NCBI GenBank assembly: GCA_013239625.1
Contig: MU054391.1
Span: forward strand, 2,261,130-2,325,129
Length of the DNA stretch: 64,000 nucleotides
DNA from: Lama guanicoe
Lineage: Eukaryota
Direction of reading: 5' to 3'
Shown here: positions 26,666 through 38,022 of the stretch, one piece after another
Layout of the letters: every line of letters starts with the position of its first letter
How positions within the stretch are numbered: position 1 is the stretch's first letter
Translations under genes and position numbers: made by a program
The notes under the pieces: generated by a model
Told to the model about the DNA's origin: nothing
The model's database searches: none
The model's input: the letters and a program-made list of their open reading frames with translations, nothing else

Positions 26666-27181
26666 TGTGACGGTTAATTTTATGTGTCACCCTCACTGGG
26701 CTGAAGAATGTCCAGAGGGCTGGTGAGTCATTACTTCTGGAGGTGAGGATGTCTCTGGGGGAGATTAGCCCCTGCATTTACAGACCGAGTCCAGGCGCTC
26801 GCCCTCACCCGTGTGCGTGGGCATCAGCCAGGACGGTGGGCGTCCGAGCAGAACCAACCCCGAAGGGGGGCGGAACGCGCTCTCCGCTTGGGCTGGGACG
26901 TCCGTCTTCTCCTGCCCTCAGACAGAGGTGATCCTGGCTCTCGGGCTTTCGGAATCATACTGGGATTTAAACCATCTCACCCCCACCTCGCCCTCCAGTT
27001 TTCCAGCCTTTGGACTCGACTGAATTACATCGCTGGCTTTTCTGGTTCTCCAGCTCGCAGACGGCAGACCTTGGGGATCCTTGGCCTCTGTGATTACATG
27101 CACAAATTCCTATAATAGATCTCCTGTATGTGAGCATATGTGTCCTGTCGGCTCTGCGTCTGGGGAACCTTGCCTAATATG
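26666..27181 (+). mobile_element. ERVL solo LTR, MLT2B-like
   Basis: tgtgacggttaattttatgtgtca..tcttctcctgccctcagaca..gcctttggactcgactgaattac..tctccagctcgcagacggcaga..aattcctataata; TSD ctatc (26661-26665)/ctatt (27182-27186). Confidence 0.9.
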
Positions 27182-27265
27182 CTATTTATCCAGCTACCCT
27201 CTTTCATTAGAATGAATTTAGTTCATCTCTTTAAGTATTTTTTGATTTATCTTAAAAGGTCCATT

Positions 27266-27355
27266 GCATCGTGCTGTACACCAGAAATTGACACAGCACT
27301 GTAAACTGACTCTACTTCAATAAGTAAATAAATATGAAGCCATGGCATCAGGAAA
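27266..27355 (+). mobile_element. Very short L1 3'-terminal insertion
   Basis: tgctgtacaccagaaattgacacagcactgtaaactgactctacttcaat plus tail; TT/AAAA site; TSD aaaaggtccatt/aaaaagtccatt. Confidence 0.85.
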
Positions 27356-28483
27356 AAAAAGTCCATTAAGTGCACATCTATTTCATATCATTGAGTGTAA
27401 AGATTCTGTTCATCTCGAAGGGCAGGGACAGTGGGAGCAGCGGTACAATTTCCACGTCATTTACATATGAATTTTCAAAATTTCTAATCTCTGCAGTGTC
27501 CCTGGCTAAGATGAGAACTACCAGGTCTGTGTTTTTCCATTGGTGAAATGCAGCCCAGGAGAAATAATAGAATACCCTTCACTGAGTTATTCAAAAAGCT
27601 GCAATTAGATTCTTGTCCTTTTGGTCTAAGCTTGAACACATTGGCTGCTAACCTGTGTGCCTTTTGGACCAAAGGGGATGGTGCACTATATAAACAGCTT
27701 ACGCCCTCTCGCTGGGTGTTTTGCTACCATGGGAGTCAATCTTTAATTTGCTCACCTCAAAAATGAACCTTGCTAAGCTGAGAGGCGAGGGCGAATGTCT
27801 GGCATTAATAATATGTATCCTTTCAATTAGTCCTGAACTCATCACATTTGCTCCAAACTGGCATTGATTAAGAGATTAAGGGCCCAGAAGGTATGTAGGA
27901 AATTGTATTGGTTCCCTAGGGGTATAGTGACAGGTTTTAAAGGTAGATCGTTCATTGTGCATCAATGTTTGAAATATTTTTATGGAACTGCAGTACATTT
28001 TGAACTTTATAAAATAATGTCTCAAGTTATTAATTTGTAATAAAAAGGAGCTCATTCAGACCCTCACGTGTGGGCACTTGGATCAATGATCTCTCACTGG
28101 CAGCTTGCCATGCACCCATATTCTCTCCCAAATATCACAGAGCCGGAAAGAAAGGCAAGGGTTTTCACACTGAAAATATAAAATGACAAAAACCCTTAAC
28201 GCCTAAAGCTAGAATCAGACAAAAATGATGTTAATTAGGAGACAAAGAGAAGTGTTTTGAGAAGCTCTCTCCTCGCCTGAACTTCTGCGCAAGGCGAACT
28301 CTGGCTTTGCTCCGCGGGGCAGACTTCTAGAGGAAGGTGTAGGAGGACGCTGTGCGTCTCCCCACATCACTCCCCAGATTCATGGGTGTAGGGGCTACAT
28401 TAGTCTCCAAAGCTCAGCGTTGCTCCTCAATTTACACTCAGAAGGGAATGGCACTCTCCCGAAGACCTCCTTCCCACCCTAAC

Positions 28484-28852
28484 TTTTTTTAATTGAAATA
28501 CAGTTGATTTACAATGTTGTGTTAGTTTCAAGTGTACAGCGTGGTTTGTGTATATATATATATATATATATACTTTTTCGTTATAGGCTATTATAAGGTA
28601 CTGAATGTAGTTTCCTGTGCTGTAGGACCCTACTGTTAATCTATTTTATATACAGTAGTTTGTACCTGCTAATCCCAAACTCCTAGTTTATCCCTCCACC
28701 CGTTTCCCCTTGGTTTTCTATGTCTGTGAGTCTCTTTCTGTTTTGTGTGAGTAAATTCATTTGTATCATTTTTTTGATTCCACATGTAAGTGATATCACA
28801 TGATATCTGTCTCTGACTTACTTCACTTAGTACGATAATCTGTAGGCCCATC
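28484..28852 (-). mobile_element. Artiodactyl-type L1 3' end with internal (TA)n
   Basis: aattgaaatacagttgatttacaatgttgtgttagtttcaagtgtacagc..ctgctaatcccaaactcct..gattccacatgtaagtgatatc..tgacttacttcacttag. Confidence 0.85.
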
Positions 28853-31800
28853 AAGGAATCTCCTCTGGACCATTTGAGAGACAACTGTCTAGCCTGCCTG
28901 CCGCCTGCCCCCGTGTCCTTCTCCAACACCACGGCAAAAACCGCCAGACCCCTGGAGCGCCCAGGGAGGTGAGAGTTCACAGAAGTGACTTATCACCCCG
29001 GAAAGAAGACTTCTTGCGCATCCCGTTACGTGAGGGGTGGCAGGGGTGGGGGTGCTTTCAGACAATGATTCGGCAAAAGCGGCAGGTGCACCTACCCTGT
29101 AGTACAAGGGAAAGCATTTTCTGTCCTCACAGCTGGATGCTAGCTGAGCTTTGAAACTTGAGAAGTCTCACCGATGCTGCCCAGGACTGGAGCCCACTGA
29201 GAAGAGTCTTAGAAAAGTTTGACGTGTGTCTCCTAGAATTTGAGTAGGTAATTGAACCAGCTTTTTCTCTATGAAGACTTTGAAGACAAGAATCTGGGAA
29301 GAGCCTGAGATGGCAGGCAAGGAGTTAGTCAACCTGTATCACACCTTTTGGCTAAGTAGATGCCAGGAATTTGGTAGATCTGAGTTGTCTTGAAGACACC
29401 CCACCAAGAGGACAGCCTACCCACGGGAGAGCCAGTCTGTGGGTTGTTCCCCAGGCAGGAACTGTGGGGACCAGCTTATGACGTCAGGGAGCCACCTGCA
29501 AGGACGGTGACAACAGTCTAACCCTTGCCACAATGGGGGTCATGGCAAACCCACGTCAGCCGGGGTACAGCAGTGGCAGCAGAAGCAGGTGAGGTAACAG
29601 GCCTACAGAAAATTTCAGCTGACGTTTCCGTCCCCACTCAGTCTGGAACGAGCCCGAAGAGGAAGAAAGAGGCGGATGATGAGAACAGGCCCCGTGTGTC
29701 CCTGCCCACGCAGGTGTGTGAGCCACTGGTTAGACCTGGGGGCAGGCTGGGGGGCTCTGTACGTATAGGAGGGAGACTGAGTTAGAGGTGAGAGTGAAGT
29801 GTGATTTAGACTGGACAGGACTCATTCATACGTGAAAGTCAGTATACTGCTCACATGAAATGATTATGCCCCGGATGTCACCAAGCTGCAGAGAAAGGAG
29901 GTAGAACAGAGCGGTTTGAAGGCACTGGTTGGAGGTAAATAAAGGCGTTTCTTTTTGTATCCCACTATGTTCAGAGTATTTAATAGTGTGCCTACCAAAT
30001 TATCAATATTGTTGGCAATTAGGAGGAAACTGAAAAAAAAATGAGGATGCTATGAAAAAGCATGTCTTCGGCAGTTCCGCAAAGAATGCTCTAAGGGATA
30101 AATGCTTTGCCAAATACATGAATTCAACCCACCTTTCCACCTTGTTCCTGTTCCCTGCACGCTTTTTCAGGAGAGCTGGCTGGACCTGGTGCTTCTCCAG
30201 TGACGGGGCTTTGCGCTTCACTTCAACACAGCCAGCTGGGAGTGGCAATTCCCACCCAGAGCATTGTGCTTTGCCAAGATTTGAACGGGCAAGACAAGTC
30301 AAACGCCATGAGTGTGAGGCTCAGCGACCATGAGAACACAGCGAAATGCAAGCCTCTATCCTGAGCGGGCCTGGGGACGACGTCTGGGGTCGTGAAGGTG
30401 AAAGCAGAGAAGCAGGTGGCGACATGTCCTGTAAGAGGCGCCGGGCAGATGGGAGGCGGGACATCGCTGTCAATCGCCCTGAAGACTGACTTTCTTTTGT
30501 GATGAGGACGGTTGTCACAGCACCGCTATGTGATTGGGTCAGAGGTCCCCCTCGCATCGGGACACAGCTCGGCAATCCAGGCATGAGTTTTAACACAGAG
30601 TAGGAGGCCTCCCTCTGGGCTGGGACCTCGGATGCCTGGATGCCTGGAGTCACAGCAGGTGTCCACAGAGCTCTTTCGGTTCCTCAAGGAGCTCTGTGAG
30701 GTGCAGCTAACCTGCAATGAAAGAAGCAAACGTAAAGGAAGGAAGGAGTCCTTGACAATCAGCAGCATAGATTTAAAAACTCTCTTAATTACTGAGATGA
30801 CATCTTCTTCAGAAAAGTGGATGCCTCGTTTGGGACTGCAGTGGTGTCTGGACTCGCTGAGTCTCGCCCACGTGGGGAACTGTGTGCTCCCTGTGGCTGG
30901 TTTCACGGTGGCATGTCTGCTTCGGTCACTTTGGTATCACCTGAGCCACAGACGCGTGAGAAGCTGAGTCTGACAAATCAAGGCAGCCGTCCCTGCTGTC
31001 CCACACCTCTCTTTGTATGGTCCATGAATACATGGAGATTTTTTTTTTCTCCATATGAATCACTGCTTGTCAAACATGTCACTTCTGTTCCATTATACAT
31101 AAGTGTTTAGACATTTTGGGTTTTGTTAATCATAATAAATTAATGAAATACAGGTTAGGAATCACCAAGGATGCACAAGATGCCCAGAGATTTTAAGTCT
31201 ATTTGTCTTTCTTCTATTCATCCATGTATTTATGTCTGTTTCCCAGTCTATTCTATCTGTGCCCCAAGCCTTGATGATGATAAAGAAACTTAGCCCTGAA
31301 TTCTGAATTCTATGGCAAGTAAGAATGACACCTCTGTAGGCACAGCACCTCAGACACAATTCCCCCGGCAGGACTTGGGGAAGCAGCAAAAAGGCAGATG
31401 AGATTACAGGTAAGTCCAGGAGCAGCAAACAGAACATTAAGAAGTAACCAAATAAAAGTGCATAAAACGTTTCGATGGTCAGCCAGGCAAAGAAAAATGT
31501 CTCTAATATGCTGTTTCAATTTTGACAAAGCAAAATGAATTCACAATCATTCCACTGAAATTTCAGGGAATGGATTGGCTAAAAAAATTAAAGAGAAAAT
31601 GCTTAATGAGCATTAATAATATAGTATGTATTAATATTTATGTAAGACTTTATATAAAGCATTATTTAGTGTGATGGCATTACTGGAAAATCTGCAAGCA
31701 AATACACACACACACACAGTTTTTCAAAAGTTCATCATAAAATTATCTTGTTTTCCTTAATTTTGAATTCTCTTAAATCCTGTGTTTGCAATGGAAATAC

Positions 31801-32699
31801 TGTATATAACCTATCAGTCTGTCTGTCTGTCTGTCTGTCTACGTATCAACTGGTCATGAAAGCCAATCAGGAAAACTGTCCGTCAAAGCTGGAAAGCAAA
31901 TTAATTCAAATTACATTATCAAAATCATATCACAAACATCAGGAAATCTTTTTTTCCCTATTTGTTTCACATATGAATCTGGATGAGGATATAGGCAGTC
32001 TGGGTTTTCAACTTGGACAAAATCTTGGAAAATTTGAATTGGTCAAGGGAATCTGAAGCGAGTGAAGCAGGTAAACAGCCTTACAAGATCCCTGCACTGA
32101 GACCAAATCCTTCCCAGGAAAACGAAACTCACCTACAAGTGCACAAAGGAAGAGTCAATATAGACATGAAGCAGATGGAGATCAAAATATTAACTTTATT
32201 TTTTAAGCTGAATTGAAGGACACAGTTTATATATAAGCCTAATGGACTTTTCTCATGTTTTAATGCCCTCTCTTCCCCTACGAGTCTGCTTCTCTCTCGG
32301 TCACAGCTGGAGTCAGTACACTGCAGGTCTGGTCAGCAGGGCAGGCGTGTCCAGGGGAGCACGTGTGTCGGGGAGGAGACACGGTGACAGTGACACCCAC
32401 ACCTGCTGGGGCCACGCCCATGCAGCTGCTTCCTCCTGCCCCCCACCCCCCCGCCGCTGGCCCAGTCAGTCCCGCCTCCCTCCTGCCTGCTGAACAAGCG
32501 AGGGGCACATCTGGAGAAAGACATCGGAAGTAAATGCCCCATGTCTTTATCTCCAGGAGGCCTGGAGTTTCCTCTCTTTTATGGGAACTTAAGAAATATT
32601 GGTTAAAGTATTTCCCCCAGTACTCTCCATCTTCTTTGTTGAGAACTCATGGCGGGGAGAGAGAAGGCATGATGCATTGTCTTTGATAATTTCTACCTT

Positions 32700-32900
32700 T
32701 TTAATTAAAATACTAAACGTTGTATTTTGGGATAATTTTAAATTTACAGAAAAGTTGCGAAGACAGTACAGAGAGCGCCTGTGTGTTCCTCTCTCAGGAT
32801 CTTCCGTTGCTAACGTCTTATGTTACCACGGTGCACGAGTCAAAGCCAAGGACCCGGCATTGGCACATCACTCTGACCTGAATTGCAGAACCATTTTCAA
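32700..32900 (-). mobile_element. Ancient L1M 3' end fragment
   Basis: ataattttaaatttacagaaaagttgcgaagacagtacagagag is typical of the antisense L1MC/MD/ME terminus. Confidence 0.7.
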
Positions 32901-33349
32901 CCTATTTTTAATGTAGGACCATCAGGGACATCAGTCTTGGTAAGAGAACAGCCCCTTTCTGTCTTAAACCCTCTGACACTTCCTTGAAGGCCTGTGACTT
33001 GCCCTGATGATGGCCAGAGAGCTGGGGAAGAGAAACCTACATGTCCTGATGGATCTGGAACACAAAGCAAAAAGGCTTCATTGTTGCAAAAGCAGGAGGC
33101 ATCCTTGAATGTACAGACTGTTATTTGTGCTAGTAAAATCATAATTCTGCTTAAAGAAACTGCTGTAAATCAGGAAGAAAAAGAAACTCCTGCTTTCCCC
33201 CCAGAACTGTTTGTTCTTTAAATTTTAAGCTATCCCAGCACCCACAGAAGAGCACACCAGAACGTGTAAGAGCCCAGTGGGTTTGACAGGGTGGACACCA
33301 ATGTATGCACAGCGTGGATGAGGCGTGGAGCATGGCCAGCACCCCAGAG

Positions 33350-33870
33350 ACCCTCAGATGGTCATACAGTCACCTCCTCCTCTATCCCCCCAAGGCGGCA
33401 ACTAACCTGACTATTCCTTCCCTTGCTTTGTTCATAATTTTACAAACTTTACATATATCTCAAAGACTGTAGTTTCCATTTGCTGGTGTTTTTGTAACTT
33501 TATATAAAATAAATCATCAGGAAGTTCCTTTTTGTGTCTGAGTCCTTTTGCTTAACACAGTGTCTGTGCGATCCATCTGCATGACATTTTGCTTGTATTT
33601 TTAGCTTTCCCTTTTCATTGCTGCATAGTATTCTATTACTGGAATTTATTCCCATTTATTTATCCACCCATCTGATTGGTTCACAGTTTGGGGTTATTCA
33701 TAACAGTGCTTCTCTGTGTGCATGCATTTGTGTATACGCCTGGAAATTAAAGTGTCAGGTCATGAAGGAAAGTACCTTACACTTAAGCAGGTAACTTCAA
33801 ATTGCTTTCTAAGATGGTTGTATCAGCAGGGTGTGAAGGTCCAGCTGCTCCTCTTCAACTCTGACTTTTA
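33350..33870 (-). mobile_element. Ancient L1ME-like 3' region
   Basis: aactttatataaaat..ccttttgcttaacaca..ttttcattgctgcatagtattctatt..cagtttggggttatt..aaattgctttctaagatggttgtatca. Confidence 0.7.
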
Positions 33871-34894
33871 TTGTGATTATTATGGTTCATTTTAACCACT
33901 TTGGGTGATGTGTACTTGTAAACATTTTAAGTGAAATATGACATCTATCTGAAGATCCTGTAAGGCCTTGAAAAAGTCCTTTCTGGACAATAAATCCTTT
34001 AATATCATCACAGACAGATACTGTCTGCTGCAAGGAACTGTCCAAACCCTCTACTCTTATGGTAGAATGAGGTTGATTTGGATAATAGGTCAAAACGATG
34101 ACCTGTGTTCTCCATGGCTGTGAGTTCAGGGTTCAGCGCCGTGGTGGTCGGGCATCTCAGGATCTGATGACAACCCTCAGGGCAGCCACTGTTACGGCAG
34201 GAAAGAGAGAGAGCTCAGCCAGGTCCGAACGGCCACAGGGAGGTTGTGGGACCACACTTGCAGGGAGAGATGGGACCACTTCCGTGCACGGCACCTGTCT
34301 CCCTTGGATAAAATCCTTGGAGAGCAACAGCTAGGATTTATATGAATATTACAGCAAAAGATGGCACATCAGTTAAACATATAGTCATCTTTTTCCTAAG
34401 CATTAATTGATTGGCTTCGGGCATTACAATTGCAGGCTAGGGTATACTGTATGTGAGCATTTTATTTTTAAATTTTAAGACTTAAATTTCTTCCCTGGTT
34501 TTCCAGGCAAGCCACTTAAATACTTTATAACTCCCTCCATATGTGCATCAGGGAGAATTCCCTTATAGCGCTGGGATATAATTAAACTTTGGATCTGTAC
34601 CCACAGAGACAGAATTAGGTACAGTGCAATGCTAGTGACTCTGATAATTTTGGCTTACAGTTCTTGGTACCAAGGGCAACATTATTTGTTTGGGACACAC
34701 ATGTGCCACCCAAAGTTCCTGAAAAACCTATAACCCTTTTCTCTACATAGTGCTGCCGAGTCATATAATATGTTGAGTAGTAACAAGTAGAGTCATGGGT
34801 GAAGAATTAGCTTGAAAAGTCCAGCTAGAGCCATGTTGGGTTTTTGTAGAGAAAAGGCACATCTCTCCATGGCTGGTGGTGAGGCCCCGCCCTC

Positions 34895-35082
34895 CTGAGC
34901 TTTCTTAAACTGGTACTGTTGACTTGCTCTTTCCTTGGGGGCATCCTGTGCCTTGTGGCATTTTAACAGCATCCCTGGCCTCTACCTGCTAAATGTCAAT
35001 AGCGCCCCTCCCTCAGTTCTAACAAAAAGCGTATCTCCATAATTTCCAAATATTCCTGGGGGGACAATTTTGAGAACTACTG
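34895..35082 (-). mobile_element. MER20 (hAT-Charlie) DNA transposon fossil
   Basis: tcctgtgccttgtgg..cagcatccctggcctctacc..tctcca..ccaaat..cctggggg..ttgagaactactg colinear with antisense MER20. Confidence 0.8.
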
Positions 35083-36399
35083 GTCTACACTAATATTCTT
35101 TGCATATAGGAGGTGGGCAATAAATGTTTGTTGACTTAATGGAGGAATAAAAGATTAAGCTAAATCTTGATATTTTATGCCTCTTATTCAATCTTTAATA
35201 AATCATAGAAAGAAGGGTTTTTCCACTTAAATTTATGGACAGAAGTAAACTTGGCAAAATAAGGAGGAGAATCATTAAACTTAGTCAGCATTCTTTCAAA
35301 ATTATTGCAAACATGTGAACAATAAAATTGAATCTCAAAAATCTAATTCAGTGCTTTGCCTAAAATTTGGATTGTGGTCTGTGAGGGGAGCTGGGACACA
35401 CGGCTGGGCTCTCACACCCATCACTCCTCAGGCAGGTCGCCGCGGACAGCTCGCTTCATCCTTTTAAACTTCAGTTTCCCTAGCTATTAAAAGGTCAGAG
35501 GACAAATATTTACAACTGGGAAATCAGGTTTCACCTTGAGAGTCAACATCTTTTTGTAGCAAAGAGGCACAGTAATGTGTGGATAATGTGGACAGTGGTT
35601 TGTGTGAAGGGTTACGTTGCCACAATATCAAATTAGGCAGGGATTCTAACTTCAAAGTTGTGTTTTTTGCAATACGTAATTCATTAGGGTATTTACACTA
35701 TTCGCGAGGATTAGCAGATCATGCCTTAGTCTTGTGTAGATAAGGAATCAAGACCTATGGGGGCAGAGGGGGGAAAGGGGACTTGCCCACGGCGGCAGAA
35801 AGGAGATTTGAACTTTCACCTATTGACTCGCACCACCTGAGACCAACCAAGACAGACTCGTGATGTCAGAGAAAAAACTACTTTAAGGAGTTAAAAGCCA
35901 CAACTGCACCAAAGGTTTCCAAGAGAAGCGTGGTGTACGTGAGAGGATCTCTGCCTTTCCTTGATTTTCTAGCAGCAGGAAGCGGGGACTGCCTGTGACA
36001 GGGTCCCAGCTGGAACGCCTGTGCTTTACCCACACAGTGTGAGCTGATGCCTAACGGCGCCTCCAGGTGCAGCCTCCCCCAAGACGCTCCGTCCTTGCCC
36101 GGCACGTGCCAGGGCTCCTCGCTCCTCGCTGCGTCGGGGTCATTCAGGTGGGTGTGCCTGGAGGCTGGGTGGAGGGGGGTGGACAGACTTAGCCATCTGC
36201 TCTGCTGTGCCTGTGGGAAGCCGGTCACTTTGTGTATCTTAAATTCCTGAGATTAACAAATGCTGTGCGTTTATAGGCATGCAGTTCTAATGACAAATAT
36301 AAACAAAATATGTGTTTTTGGTTTCCAGTCCAAAGGACCTATTCGATGAGTGGCAGATACAGGAAAAACACCTCGACTTCAAGACTCTGAGTGTTTTGA

Positions 36400-36860
36400 G
36401 GGGAGGCTCTCGGCGCCGCCATCTGTTTCCTCTCTCCGTGGGTAACAGCAGCGTCACCGCTCGCAGACCCGTCCCGCCGCTCAGCCGCTGACCGCGTGTC
36501 CGTGGCTGGTCCCTACCCGTCCCTAACTGCTTGTCCCGCGGTCTGCGCCTCCCCACCTTCCAGTTCGGGCTAATTCTGCCCCCTCCGGCCCGCCCCACCC
36601 TCCGCCCGAAACGCGCCGCGATCCGCATGTGTTCGCGGTCTTCAGATCCGCTGCATGAGCTCGTGCGCGAGGCTTCGTCACGCCGCCTCCTCCCGAAGTC
36701 GCCGCCCGGCCCTCTTCCCGGGCCCACCGCCCCCTGCTGCTCAGCACAGACGGCGTCGCCTCCGCGGGGCGCCTGAGCCGCGGGACTGGCCGTGCTGGGC
36801 TTTCCTCCCTCCCCCACGACGCGCACGTTTACTCTTGTTCGGGGCCCACGGCTCTGTGCT
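36400..36860. promoter_or_regulatory. CpG island with CTCF-like and YY1-like motifs
   Basis: About 450 bp CpG-dense; minus strand GCAGCAGGGGGCGG within 36724-36742; GCCGCCATCT at 36415-36424; GC boxes. Confidence 0.7.
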
Positions 36861-37948
36861 ACAACTTCGTCTGTCTCCTCCCCCAATTTAGGATAAAGGC
36901 GCTATGCCTGAAAACTCCATAAATACTTGTTGAGCAACAGAAGGCACGAACTCTTCATCCTTGTACTTCTAGTCCTTATTTTAAAACGTGGCACAAAATG
37001 GGTCAACTGACTTCGTTTTTTTGAAAGAATAAGTAAACATAATGAGATCTGGGGATTTTAATTTCTGCTAGCAGAAGACTCGTTTTCTTCTGCAGTATCT
37101 CACGTGCGTACCCACCGGTGTCTGTGTTCGTGCAATGTGCCTACCTTCTTCTGAGACCAGGCCAGGGTCGTAGCCTGATCAATATTATAGGTAATTTTAG
37201 ACAAAGGACCAAATTTCATTTTGCTTTTTCAAATGCGTTCACAAGATACACACTAAGAAGAAGAACTTGGCAAACATCTACACACTCAGAAGCAGGTTCT
37301 AATGCACTGTCCGAGTCAGTGGGAAAGACTCACCTCAGGCGGGGCAGACGAGCGCACAGGAGGAAAGGGAACGACGGGTTTGACGAAGGCTTGATCAGTC
37401 TGAGACTCCTCTAACTGGAACCTACTGTCTCGCTGAGTGAGGACAATTTCAGCACCTCTTGTGCTGAATTTTGGTCCTTTTTTTTTTTTCTAATGGACTA
37501 TAATGTTTCAGTGATACAAGCAGAACAATTCTATATCTATTTATTTATGATTTAATGTTGGACTTTGTCAAATGATAATTCTGCATCAATGAATATGATC
37601 ATGTGTTTTTCTTTCTTTAGATTCTTTCTATGGTCAAATACAATGGTTGATTAAAAAAGTTGCAGTAACTTTGAGTTCTCAGGATAAACCACAGTTGCTC
37701 ACGGTGATCATTTCGTATGTTACGGAAACTGTTTTGCTGATGTTGTGTTGAAGGTGTGTCCACTTGGGATACTGATTTCCTTTCTCGTGCTGTCTTGGCT
37801 TTTGTATAAGTGACACTGGTATTACCAAACGTTTCAGGGCATTCTTTCAGATCCTCTTACCTTTTGGAATAGATTGTATAGAATTAGCGTTATTTCTTCT
37901 TCAAATATTTGATAAGGTTCACCAGTGAAACCATCTGGGCCTAGAGAT

Positions 37949-38022
37949 TGTGTGTTTGTGTGTGCGTGTATGTCTGTGTGTGTGTGTGTGTGTGCACACA
38001 CACGCACACGCATGCGCACGCA
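37949..38022. repeat. (TG)n-(CA)n alternating purine-pyrimidine microsatellite
   Basis: Uninterrupted RY alternation 37975-38022, with a TG-to-CA switch at 37994/37995. Confidence 0.9.

Noticed and set aside
36287..36886. 199-aa minus-strand ORF
   Set aside because: Arg/Gly-rich by-product of CpG-island composition; non-ATG start; no recognisable domain.
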